A stretch of DNA of 64,000 bases, from contig CAYVOC010000001.1 in the NCBI GenBank assembly GCA_964453345.1, positions 28,468 to 92,467 of the forward strand, read 5' to 3'. The position numbers were made by a program, and so were the translations under genes. The notes under the pieces are model-generated. The model saw only the letters and a program-made list of their open reading frames with translations, had not been told where the DNA came from and did no database searches. Below, piece by piece: positions 42,684 through 50,556 of the stretch (position 1 is the first letter of the stretch; every line of letters begins with the position of its first letter). This DNA is from an uncultured Aquificales bacterium. Its GTDB lineage: Bacteria > Thermosulfidibacterota > Thermosulfidibacteria > Thermosulfidibacterales > Thermosulfidibacteraceae.

Positions 42684-43440
42684 AACCGACGGAGTCGTAG
42701 TTTCTCTCAGGTGACAGCCCCCTTCTTGCAGAGCACCTCAGGACCTTTTTCTTGCTCTCCCAGCCTCCCCCCTTCACAACCCTTCTCTCCTTTGGGGTGG
42801 GGAGGTTGGGAAGGCCATACCAGGAGTCGGTCCACTCCCATGCGTTGCCTATGAGATCGCAGATCCCGATGCTGTTGGGCTTAAAACTGCAGACGGGGCC
42901 GGTTTCCCTGTAGCCGTCCCTTTCGGATCTGCCGCTAAATCCCGACCAGAAGTTTGCGTTATCGTCTATGGCCTCATCGCTCTTTCCAAGCTTGCAGGCG
43001 TATTCCCACTCCTCTTCCGTGGGTAGCCTCACCTTTCTTTTGATCTTTTTGCTCAGCCACTCGGCAAAGGCGTGTGCGTCATACCAGTTGACGCAGACAA
43101 CGGGATGGTCTTTCCCCTGCTTGAACATGGGTTTTGCGGTGTCCTCGCATCCCCATAAATCCTTCTTCTTGGGGGTGTATCCCGTCTCCTTTACGAATTT
43201 CTCCCACTGAGAAATAGTGATTTCGGTTTTGGAGATCCAGAATCCCCTTTTGATGCAGACCTTCCTTTCGGGCTTTTCGTCAAAGTAGCAGTTTTTGTTT
43301 TTCGCTTTGCATCCCATCTGAAAGCATCCGGGCGGGATGTATATGAAGGTTATTCCGGTAACTTTCTCTGTCCATGTGTTGGGGTGTGCCCATAACATCT
43401 GTGCAGAAAACAGCAGTAAAAGGATCAGAAGGTATCTCAT
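42661..43440 (-). CDS. secreted FGE/SUMF1-fold protein (NirV-like, lacks FGE catalytic cysteines)
   Basis: signal peptide, [29 protein letters not shown]. Confidence 0.85.
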   Translation of the reverse strand: MRYLLILLLLFSAQMLWAHPNTWTEKVTGITFIYIPPGCFQMGCKAKNKNCYFDEKPERKVCIKRGFWISKTEITISQWEKFVKETGYTPKKKDLWGCEDTAKPMFKQGKDHPVVCVNWYDAHAFAEWLSKKIKRKVRLPTEEEWEYACKLGKSDEAIDDNANFWSGFSGRSERDGYRETGPVCSFKPNSIGICDLIGNAWEWTDSWYGLPNLPTPKERRVVKGGGWESKKKVLRCSARRGLSPERNYDSVGFRIVVLP

Positions 43441-43471
43441 AGGGATTAACCCTCCGGATTTTTGATGTTGG

Positions 43472-43499
43472 AAAAGGGGAGGGGAAGCGCCCCCTCCCC
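43472..43499 (-). terminator. intrinsic terminator after the octaheme cytochrome gene
   Basis: GGGGAGGGG/CCCCTCCCC 9-bp stem followed by TTTT on the minus strand. Confidence 0.7.
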
Positions 43500-43509
43500 G
43501 GTTTTGCTC

Positions 43510-44871
43510 TTAGTAGGGAGCGGAGGACATAACAGGCGAGAGCTCCTCTATCTTGTTGTGCTTTATCCTCCAGTTGTAGATGGCCTGCATGTCCTTGTAA
43601 ACCTGGAACATCTGGAAGAATCCATGCCAGTGGGCGTAGTCCGGTGCATCCATTGCGGCACCCTGTCTGGCCCTTCTGCCGGTGTGGTGCCAGAAGTAGT
43701 AGTAGAGTTCCTGGAAGGCGTCGCTCCAGGGATCCTTCTTGAGCAGGCCCTTGGACTTGAGGTCCTTCAGCATGGCCACCACCTTGTCGTAGTAGAAGTT
43801 GTAGAGCTTCACAGCATCGTCAAACTTCTTGAAGAAGTTCTTTGTATGGGTGGTGGAGTGGCAGTTTTCGCAAACCTTCATCATCAGCTCTCTGCCCTTG
43901 GGACCGAATCCGCGCTCAGGTCCGGCGAAGGGCTTCTTCAGATACTCCTCTGTGCCTCTGACCATGCTCTTTTTGTGCATGAGGTCCCAGTAGAGCCTTT
44001 CGCCAACATTGTGGGTGGTCTTGAGATCCCCTATGCCGCTCATGTGGCACACGGCGCAGGTGGGTGCTTCATAGTCTCCAGGCTCCCATGTGTCGGGGGC
44101 GCTGTCCCACTTCCACTTCTCGCCGTGGGCGAGATACAACTGGCCGTGGGCGCTCTCCAGGTAGATCTCTATATCGGGGTGATCGGGTCCAAGGTGGCAC
44201 CTGCCGCAGGTGTCGGGCTTTCTGGCCTGCTCAATGGAGAATTTGTGCCTGTAGTGGCAGGCAACACAGTTGCCTATGCCGCCGTCGGGATACCTGGTTC
44301 CGATACCACCGGGCCATCCGGCAACGGGCTTCTTGTCCGGTCCGAGCTTGACCACAGCTCCATGACACATCTGACAGCCGGTTCTTCTTGTGGCTGTGGT
44401 TCTGGGATCCCCCTTGGGCAGACCGGCGAACTGCCCGCCCTCGTAGTATTCCTGCAGTTTTCTGAACTTTGCAACTTCCACCACGGGACGGGATGCGAGC
44501 CTTGCGTGGGCGCTCTTGGTGAACTGCTCAACCTCTGTGGGGTGGCACTTGGCGCAGGTCTTGGGGGACACCATGGGGGAGATGTAGATGTTGGTTCCCC
44601 TTATCCCGTCGCACTGGCTCGCCATGGGGGAACTTTTGGGAACCACGTGACAGTCGTAGCAGGAGACGCCCGCATGCGCCATGCGGCTCTCCTTCCACTG
44701 GAGCACTATTCCGGGGGTCTTTTTGGTGTGGCACTCGATACACTGAAGGGCTTCCTTGGAGAATCCGCGCTTGACCACCAGGTTGGTGTTCTTAACCAGA
44801 TTCGGGTAGTATTGGGCCCATAGCCCCGACCAGGCAAGGATGGTAATTAACAGGACAAGACACCTCATCAT
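43510..44871 (-). CDS. octaheme cytochrome c, hydroxylamine oxidoreductase family (epsilon-HAO-like)
   Basis: signal peptide; 8 CXXCH motifs (CIECH, CYDCH, CAKCH, CQMCH, CVACH, CGRCH, CAVCH, CENCH); [20 protein letters not shown]. Confidence 0.88.
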   Translation of the reverse strand: MMRCLVLLITILAWSGLWAQYYPNLVKNTNLVVKRGFSKEALQCIECHTKKTPGIVLQWKESRMAHAGVSCYDCHVVPKSSPMASQCDGIRGTNIYISPMVSPKTCAKCHPTEVEQFTKSAHARLASRPVVEVAKFRKLQEYYEGGQFAGLPKGDPRTTATRRTGCQMCHGAVVKLGPDKKPVAGWPGGIGTRYPDGGIGNCVACHYRHKFSIEQARKPDTCGRCHLGPDHPDIEIYLESAHGQLYLAHGEKWKWDSAPDTWEPGDYEAPTCAVCHMSGIGDLKTTHNVGERLYWDLMHKKSMVRGTEEYLKKPFAGPERGFGPKGRELMMKVCENCHSTTHTKNFFKKFDDAVKLYNFYYDKVVAMLKDLKSKGLLKKDPWSDAFQELYYYFWHHTGRRARQGAAMDAPDYAHWHGFFQMFQVYKDMQAIYNWRIKHNKIEELSPVMSSAPY

Positions 44872-45431
44872 GGCGCTACACCTCCTTTATCTTTTTTGGC
44901 TTCTTCAAGAAGCGCTGCCAACACATCTCCATGTCCCACCGTGTGATGGCAGGAAACGCAGGTCTTTTTGGTTTCCCCTATGAGATACGCCTTGTGTGCG
45001 GTTATGGCTTTGATGGGGATTCCGTTGCCTATCAGCTCCTTGTGGCATTCCTTGCACCCGGACTCGTAGGCCTTGTGAACATAGGGCTTTTTGTGCTTCC
45101 AGTGTTCAACCCAATGCTCTGCGGAGGCCTTGGCACCGGTCAGGTGAACATACATGTCGTTGACGCCGTAGAATATCTTTGCCGCTAAGTATTTTATGAT
45201 TCCCTCGTGGGGCAGGTGGCAGTCGCTGCACTTGGCCCTCACAACCCCCCTGTGGTTCAGCCCGTGGGCCGCTTTGACCCAGGTCTGGTAAAAGACCTTC
45301 ATCTCGTGGCAGGATGCGCAAAAAGAGACCTTGTTTGAATGAATCAACTGGCTTGCCGAGATAAGCCCTACAATGGCTGCTACAAAGACGCCTACAATAA
45401 AGCCCAGAATCGCTTTCTTCAATCCCCTCAC
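44868..45431 (-). CDS. NapC/NirT (cM552/NrfH-like) membrane tetraheme cytochrome c
   Basis: N-terminal TM; CASCHEM, CSDCH, CKECH, CVSCH..VGH; TTG at 45422 is a plausible alternative start. Confidence 0.9.
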   Translation of the reverse strand: MRGLKKAILGFIVGVFVAAIVGLISASQLIHSNKVSFCASCHEMKVFYQTWVKAAHGLNHRGVVRAKCSDCHLPHEGIIKYLAAKIFYGVNDMYVHLTGAKASAEHWVEHWKHKKPYVHKAYESGCKECHKELIGNGIPIKAITAHKAYLIGETKKTCVSCHHTVGHGDVLAALLEEAKKDKGGVAP

Positions 45432-45506
45432 CTCCTTCCCTTTGAGATTTCGGCCTTTTTTATAAAAAGATATTGGCGGGTTCTGGGGCTTTCAACATTT
45501 TTCAGG

Positions 45507-45539
45507 CGTTAAATTTCTGTTAAAGTCTGTTACTAACAG
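45507..45539 (-). promoter_or_regulatory. TTAACA-type direct-repeat operator upstream of the tetraheme/octaheme operon
   Basis: minus strand GTAACA-N4-TTAACA-N5-TTAACG; contains the 17-mer also found at 48548-48564; candidate TTGAAA-N17-TATCTT promoter just downstream. Confidence 0.65.
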
Positions 45540-45577
45540 TTGTCCCGTGAGGGTTTGCCTCCTATAGTGATAGTGAA

Positions 45578-46174
45578 ATGGGAGATATGGTGGGGGTGAT
45601 CTGTATCCTTACGGGTGGAGAGAGTCGGAGAATGGGGAGGGACAAGGCCGGGCTTTCCTTTCGTGGCAGGACCTTTTTAGAGCATATGGTTTGCAAGGCG
45701 CGGGAGCTTTCCTTCAGGGTCGTTCTCTCGGTGAAGAGAAAAAGAGAAGAGTTTTCCCGATACGAGCAGATAGAGGATGTCAAGGGGCGTGGCCCCATCG
45801 CCGGGATATACTCCGTCCTCCAGCGCTTTGATAGGGTGCTGTTTGTGCCTGTGGATATGCCCATGCTGGATACGTCGGTTTTGAAGATGCTGTGGGAGGC
45901 GTCGCAGGGGTATGATGTAACGGTGTGTGAGGTTGAAGGCAGGCTCCAGCCTCTGGTGGGGGTCTATACAAGGGGCGTTTTGCCTCTGCTGGAGGAGGCG
46001 ATAGAGTCGGGAGACTACAGCATCAGGCGGGTTGTTTTGAAGTGTGATAGGGCGAGGATCCTCAAAGCCGAGGATTTCGGGTGGGACCCTGCGTGGTTTT
46101 TGAATGTGAATACCCCTGAGGATGTGGAGGTGCTGAATGTCCTTCAGGATGGTGGATGTTTCCGGCAAGTTTGA
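45578..46174 (+). CDS. mobA: molybdenum cofactor guanylyltransferase
   Basis: [31 protein letters not shown]. Confidence 0.9.
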   Translation: MGDMVGVICILTGGESRRMGRDKAGLSFRGRTFLEHMVCKARELSFRVVLSVKRKREEFSRYEQIEDVKGRGPIAGIYSVLQRFDRVLFVPVDMPMLDTSVLKMLWEASQGYDVTVCEVEGRLQPLVGVYTRGVLPLLEEAIESGDYSIRRVVLKCDRARILKAEDFGWDPAWFLNVNTPEDVEVLNVLQDGGCFRQV

Positions 46175-47054
46175 GACGAAAAGGTTTGCGAGGGCCTCTG
46201 GAAGGATAAGGCTTCCCAAGGAGGTGGTGGATCTCATCAGGGAGGGTAGGGTGAAGAAGGGAGATGTTCTGAGGGCCTCCGAGATTGCGGGAATGATGGG
46301 GGCAAAGAGAACCTTTGAGCTTCTGCCCTTCTGCCATCCCATCCCCTTTGATGCGGTTGAGGTGAGGGCGGAGCTCGAGGAGGACGGTGTGAGGGTGGAG
46401 GCCACCGTCAGCGGAGTGTGGAGGACCGGATACGAGATGGAGGCTGTTACGGCGGTGGTTGTTGCACTCACCAACGTTTACGATATGTGCAAGGCCTACA
46501 CGGGGGAGATGGTTATAGAGGATGTGAGGGTTGTTGAAAAGGGTGGGGGCAAAAGCGATTGGTATGACGATCTGAGCGGGTTGAGGGTGGCGATTATAGT
46601 GGTGAGCGATTCCGTTTACGAGGGGAAAAGGGAAGATAGAAGCGGCAAGGCCTTGAGGGAAATGTGCGAAGAGCTGGGGGCGAAGGTTGTTTGGGAGAGG
46701 GTGGTGCCGGACGAGGTGGACGCCATAAAAGGCGCCATAGAGGAGGCGTCGGGTGTGGCGGATCTCATACTCACCACGGGGGGGACCGGAGCTTCCTTCA
46801 GGGATGTGACCCCGGAGGCGAGTCAGGACCTTCTTGTCAAGGAGATGCCCGGATTGGCGGAGGCTATGAGGATACTCGGCGTGAGGTTCACCCCCAGAAC
46901 CCTTCTTTCAAGGGCGAAGGCGGGCATTGTGAAGGAGGGATGTGTCTTGATAAATCTTCCCGGGAGTGTGAGGGGCGCTACCGAGAGCCTGTCCATGGTG
47001 GCCCCCCTGATCAAGCATCTCATAGAGATGTCAAGGGGTGGAGGGCACGAATGA
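46137..47054 (+). CDS. moaC: bifunctional MoaC / MogA-MoaB protein
   Basis: MVDVSGK, LLPFCHP, TGYEMEA, YDMCK, then VSD..REDRSG, TTGGTG..RDVTPEA, NLPGS. Confidence 0.9.
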   Translation: MSFRMVDVSGKFETKRFARASGRIRLPKEVVDLIREGRVKKGDVLRASEIAGMMGAKRTFELLPFCHPIPFDAVEVRAELEEDGVRVEATVSGVWRTGYEMEAVTAVVVALTNVYDMCKAYTGEMVIEDVRVVEKGGGKSDWYDDLSGLRVAIIVVSDSVYEGKREDRSGKALREMCEELGAKVVWERVVPDEVDAIKGAIEEASGVADLILTTGGTGASFRDVTPEASQDLLVKEMPGLAEAMRILGVRFTPRTLLSRAKAGIVKEGCVLINLPGSVRGATESLSMVAPLIKHLIEMSRGGGHE

Positions 47055-47362
47055 AGTATGGCCCCAACGTCGGAATGATACTCATTCATAAAGGTATAGT
47101 GAGGGGATTCTCCAGGGATGGCTCTCCTGTAAAGGGCATGGTGGTTGAGTATGACCCCTCTGAAGTAGAGGCGATTGTTGAGGAAATGCTGAACAGAGAG
47201 GGCATAGAGCACATAGATGTTAAGATAAATTCCGGCAGGTTATCTGTGGGCGATGAGATAATGACGGTGACGGTTGCAGGAAGATACAGGAGGGATGTTC
47301 TGCCCGTTATGGATGAGCTTTTGAGCAGAATAAAAGCGGTAGTGAAGGAGAGAGAGTTTTAG
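47051..47362 (+). CDS. moaE: molybdopterin synthase large subunit MoaE (short form)
   Basis: [31 protein letters not shown]-coupled start at 47051. Confidence 0.75.
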   Translation: MKYGPNVGMILIHKGIVRGFSRDGSPVKGMVVEYDPSEVEAIVEEMLNREGIEHIDVKINSGRLSVGDEIMTVTVAGRYRRDVLPVMDELLSRIKAVVKEREF

Positions 47363-48282
47363 CCTCCTATTTCAACCATCTGGCTTTTGCTTTCCCATCT
47401 GGGCTTGTGTATGCGCCCTTTAATCGCGAAAAGCTCTGTCAGTATCTCCTTTAGCCTCTTTTCCGGTTCCTTTCCCCTCAGTATTTTTCTGATGTCAACT
47501 TCGTGCCTGCTGTGCAGACATGCCTTGAGCCTGCCGGAGGCAGTCACTCTTAACCTATCGCATCCCCTGCAGAAGGGGCTGGAGACCGGTGTTATAAATC
47601 CCACCTTTCCCTTAAGTTCCGGCACGTAAAAGACCTTCGCCACCCCCTCTGTCCCTGCGGCCCTCAAGCTGTATCTTTTTTCTATAATCTCCATGAGCTC
47701 TGTGTAGGGCATGAACAGATCATGAAACCTCTCTCTGGTGTGAGGGAAGGGCATAAGTTCGATGAACCTCACCTGTATCCCCTTCGGAAGGAAGGTTTCC
47801 ATAAATTTTGTTGCCTCATCATGGTTCAGGCCTTTCATTATAACGGTGTTAATTTTGACTTCCAGCCCCTGTCGCCTGGCCTCTTCTATTCCTGACAGCA
47901 CTGAATCCAGCAGATCCCTTCCGGTTATGGCCCTGTATTTTTCCGGGGAGAGGGTGTCAATACCCACGTTTACCCTTTTTATCCCCGCTTCTTTTAGATC
48001 CGCGGCGAACCTAAACAGAAAAGAACCATTTGTTGAAAGGTATATTGGTATGTTCAAGGAGGCTATTTTTTCTATAAGTGAACATATGTTTCTTCTGAGA
48101 AGCGGTTCTCCGCCGGTTATTCTTACCTTTCTCAGACCAAAGTTTTTGAGGATTTCTACTAAGGTTGTTAGCTCCTCAAAGCTTAAAAGTGAACTTTTAG
48201 GAAGCTTTTTGTAGTTGTCAGGGAAACAGTATATGCATCTGAGATTGCAGCGGTCCGTTACGGAAATTCTGAGATACATCAC
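47359..48282 (-). CDS. moaA: GTP 3',8-cyclase
   Basis: YLRISVTDRCNLRCIYC, TGGEPL, FCRGCDRLR..G.LKAC, C-terminal GG. Confidence 0.93.
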   Translation of the reverse strand: MMYLRISVTDRCNLRCIYCFPDNYKKLPKSSLLSFEELTTLVEILKNFGLRKVRITGGEPLLRRNICSLIEKIASLNIPIYLSTNGSFLFRFAADLKEAGIKRVNVGIDTLSPEKYRAITGRDLLDSVLSGIEEARRQGLEVKINTVIMKGLNHDEATKFMETFLPKGIQVRFIELMPFPHTRERFHDLFMPYTELMEIIEKRYSLRAAGTEGVAKVFYVPELKGKVGFITPVSSPFCRGCDRLRVTASGRLKACLHSRHEVDIRKILRGKEPEKRLKEILTELFAIKGRIHKPRWESKSQMVEIGG

Positions 48283-48443
48283 TCTTTGCTTATGGGTTCT
48301 TCTATCTCCCTTGCGGCCTTTCTGAACTCCTTTAGGGCCTGTCCCGCACCTCTTGCGAATTCAGGAAGTTTTTTGGCGCCAAAAAGGAGCATTACCACAA
48401 AGCATATGAGAAGCAGTTCAGAAAATCCTATCCCTCCTATCAT
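48279..48443 (-). CDS. tatA: twin-arginine translocase TatA (54 aa, absent from the ORF track)
   Basis: MIGGIGFSELLLICFVVMLLFGAKKLPEFARGAGQALKEFRKAAREIEEPISKE; GGAGG RBS; its stop overlaps the moaA GTG. Confidence 0.9.
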   Translation of the reverse strand: MIGGIGFSELLLICFVVMLLFGAKKLPEFARGAGQALKEFRKAAREIEEPISKE

Positions 48444-48517
48444 GTCTTCCTCCCGCAACTGTTGACTTTACACTTTAATTTACATATCCATGCCTGACAA
48501 TTCCACACTTCAAGTCG

Positions 48518-48566
48518 TGTTAATTTTTTTAACATCAGTTAACACTTCTTTAACAGAAATTTAAAC
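48518..48566 (+). promoter_or_regulatory. TTAACA direct-repeat operator upstream of the porin-nap operon
   Basis: TTAACA at 48529, 48539, 48550 and TTAAAC at 48561 (10/11/11-bp period); inverted TGTTAA at 48518. Confidence 0.7.
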
Positions 48567-48639
48567 GATTCCTCTATTGAGCTTTTGAGATAGTGAATGA
48601 AATAATATGCTCAAAGGAAAAATGTGCAGGAGGGAGAGG

Positions 48640-50142
48640 ATGAGGGGGAGAAGTTGGGCTTTGATCTTTTCTCTGATCCTTTCTGTAATTTTTCTGGGGT
48701 GGACCCTTGGTGCGGCGAAGGTCTATAATGTGAAAGAGGTAAAACTCAGGTTGGATTTCAGTGAGCAGGTGAGGATGGAATACTGGAACACCTTTGATAA
48801 CGGAAAGCCCGGGCTTGACGACAGCTACAGCTTCTACTCCAGCAAGGCGAGGCTGGGAGCGGGTGTGAGCTGGAAGTATTTTGATGCCTATGTTCAGCTG
48901 CACTACACCCAGTTCTTCGATCTACCCGATGACGGCATGTTCGGAACGGGTGTCCTCTATCATAAGTTCAACAACCTTGAGGCCTATCAGGCGGGCAGGC
49001 GTAAAGAAGCAGCCGACAGCCCCGGTTATGCGGCGATTTCCCAGGCCTGGATAGCGGCTAAGGTGCCCTGGGTGAAGGGGCTGAAGGTTAAGCTTGGCAG
49101 GTTTGCCTACAATTCCGGTCTGGAGGCCGGGGCGAAGAATCCAACCATAAAGATCCTTAAAAAGACCAGAATCTCCCAGAGGCTGATCGGAACCTTTGAG
49201 TGGTCCAGGGTGGGCCGTTCCTTTGATGGCTTCCAGGTGGTTTACGACAGGCCCTACTGGAACCTTTCCCTCACCGCCGTCTATCCCACCGCCGGTGGCT
49301 TCTATCTCAAGAGGGACGAGAACGAGGTGAACGGCTATAAGATGAGGGATATAAGCATTGTGGCGGCGGCCCTTTCTCTGAAGGATTCCTTTATAGACGG
49401 GCTGGATGCCCAGGCCTTCTACTACTACTACAACGACGACAGGGGCCTGTATAAGGCCGGGAAGGGCGCCGATCCTGAGATTCACACCGTTGGCGGGCAT
49501 GTGATCTTTACCAGACCCTTGGGACCGGGCGCCTTTGACCTTCTCTTCTGGGGTGCCTACCAGTGGGGAACCTGGGGCGCCAACGGGAGGATTCTTGACC
49601 ATGACGCCTACGCCTTTGCCGTTGAGGGCGGATACAAGTTTACCTCCCTCGCCTTTAAGCCCTGGATCAGGGCTGGATATTTCTATGGTTCCGGTGACGA
49701 TGATCCCAACGATGGGGACCATGAGACCTTCTTCATGATGATCCCCACCCTCAGAATCTATGCGAGGACCCCCTTCTATAATCTTATGAACACCGAGTAT
49801 GTGTTCGGTCAGCTGATCTTCAAGCCCCTGAAGAATGTGGTGGTGAGGACCGACGTCACCAAGCTGTGGTTAACAGAGGATAAGGACGGGTGGTATCTGG
49901 GTTCCGGTGTTTGCAGGCCCGATGTGTTCGGTTATTCCAGCAAGCCGTCCGGCGGGGATGATGATCTTGCCACCATGTGGGATATTTCCGCCACCATAAA
50001 GAACATCTTCAACTATGCGGGATTCAAGGTGAATCTGGTTCTCTACTACTCCCATGTGTGGGGCGGCGATGTGATAGAGAACAACTTCAAGAAGGATGAG
50101 GACATGGATTTCTTCTACACAGAGCTTCAAATAAAATTTTAA
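48640..50142 (+). CDS. outer-membrane beta-barrel porin (alginate-export-family-like)
   Basis: signal peptide, alternating aromatic beta-strands, RSFDG, Y.YGSGDDDP.DG..ETF, C-terminal Phe; ATG 48640 has a GGAGG RBS. Confidence 0.8.
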   Translation: MRGRSWALIFSLILSVIFLGWTLGAAKVYNVKEVKLRLDFSEQVRMEYWNTFDNGKPGLDDSYSFYSSKARLGAGVSWKYFDAYVQLHYTQFFDLPDDGMFGTGVLYHKFNNLEAYQAGRRKEAADSPGYAAISQAWIAAKVPWVKGLKVKLGRFAYNSGLEAGAKNPTIKILKKTRISQRLIGTFEWSRVGRSFDGFQVVYDRPYWNLSLTAVYPTAGGFYLKRDENEVNGYKMRDISIVAAALSLKDSFIDGLDAQAFYYYYNDDRGLYKAGKGADPEIHTVGGHVIFTRPLGPGAFDLLFWGAYQWGTWGANGRILDHDAYAFAVEGGYKFTSLAFKPWIRAGYFYGSGDDDPNDGDHETFFMMIPTLRIYARTPFYNLMNTEYVFGQLIFKPLKNVVVRTDVTKLWLTEDKDGWYLGSGVCRPDVFGYSSKPSGGDDDLATMWDISATIKNIFNYAGFKVNLVLYYSHVWGGDVIENNFKKDEDMDFFYTELQIKF

Positions 50143-50154
50143 AGGAGGGTGGCT

Positions 50155-50538
50155 GTGAAGAGGTGGTTTTTGTTGGTGGCGTTTTTGGCGCTGGCCGCCT
50201 GTGTTAACACAGGGAATGCACAGCGGCCCGCTGCCAAGACAGAGCCGAAAAAAGCAGAGGTTGCGGGACACCCTCAGCTGACGGACCAGGAGAAGCTCAT
50301 CGCCTGCTCCCAGTGTCATAGGGATGTGACCCCTGATGTGTATAACGAGTGGTATAACTCCGTTCACGGTATCGCCAATGTCAAGTGCTTCCAGTGCCAT
50401 GGAACCTTTGAGGACTTCCATGTGGTTCCCCAGCTCAAAAAGTGCGAGGCCTGCCATGCAAGGGAGGTGTCCCACGCGCCTAAAGGGAGGGATTGCTGGA
50501 GCTGTCATCCTTCCCACAGGTTTACCGTTCACAAGTAA
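50155..50538 (+). CDS. small tetraheme cytochrome c lipoprotein (NapM-like)
   Basis: lipobox LAAC; CSQCH, CFQCH, CEACH, CWSCH. Confidence 0.85.
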   Translation: MKRWFLLVAFLALAACVNTGNAQRPAAKTEPKKAEVAGHPQLTDQEKLIACSQCHRDVTPDVYNEWYNSVHGIANVKCFQCHGTFEDFHVVPQLKKCEACHAREVSHAPKGRDCWSCHPSHRFTVHK

Positions 50539-50556
50539 ATGAGGGGAGGTGGAAGG

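Noticed and set aside
43462-44823. 453-aa plus-strand ORF opposite the octaheme cytochrome
   Set aside because: Codon-for-codon antisense shadow with V/L/G/H-rich composition and no motifs
46664-47050. Extended 232-aa ORF suggesting a frameshifted moaC-moaE fusion
   Set aside because: The MoaE-like sequence begins at an ATGA-coupled ATG at 47051 with its own RBS; the upstream part is an off-frame read of the Mog domain
48518-48566. TTAACA repeats as a CRISPR array or mobile-element end
   Set aside because: Units are 6 bp with a 10-11-bp period, with no spacers, cas genes or transposase; they fit an operator better
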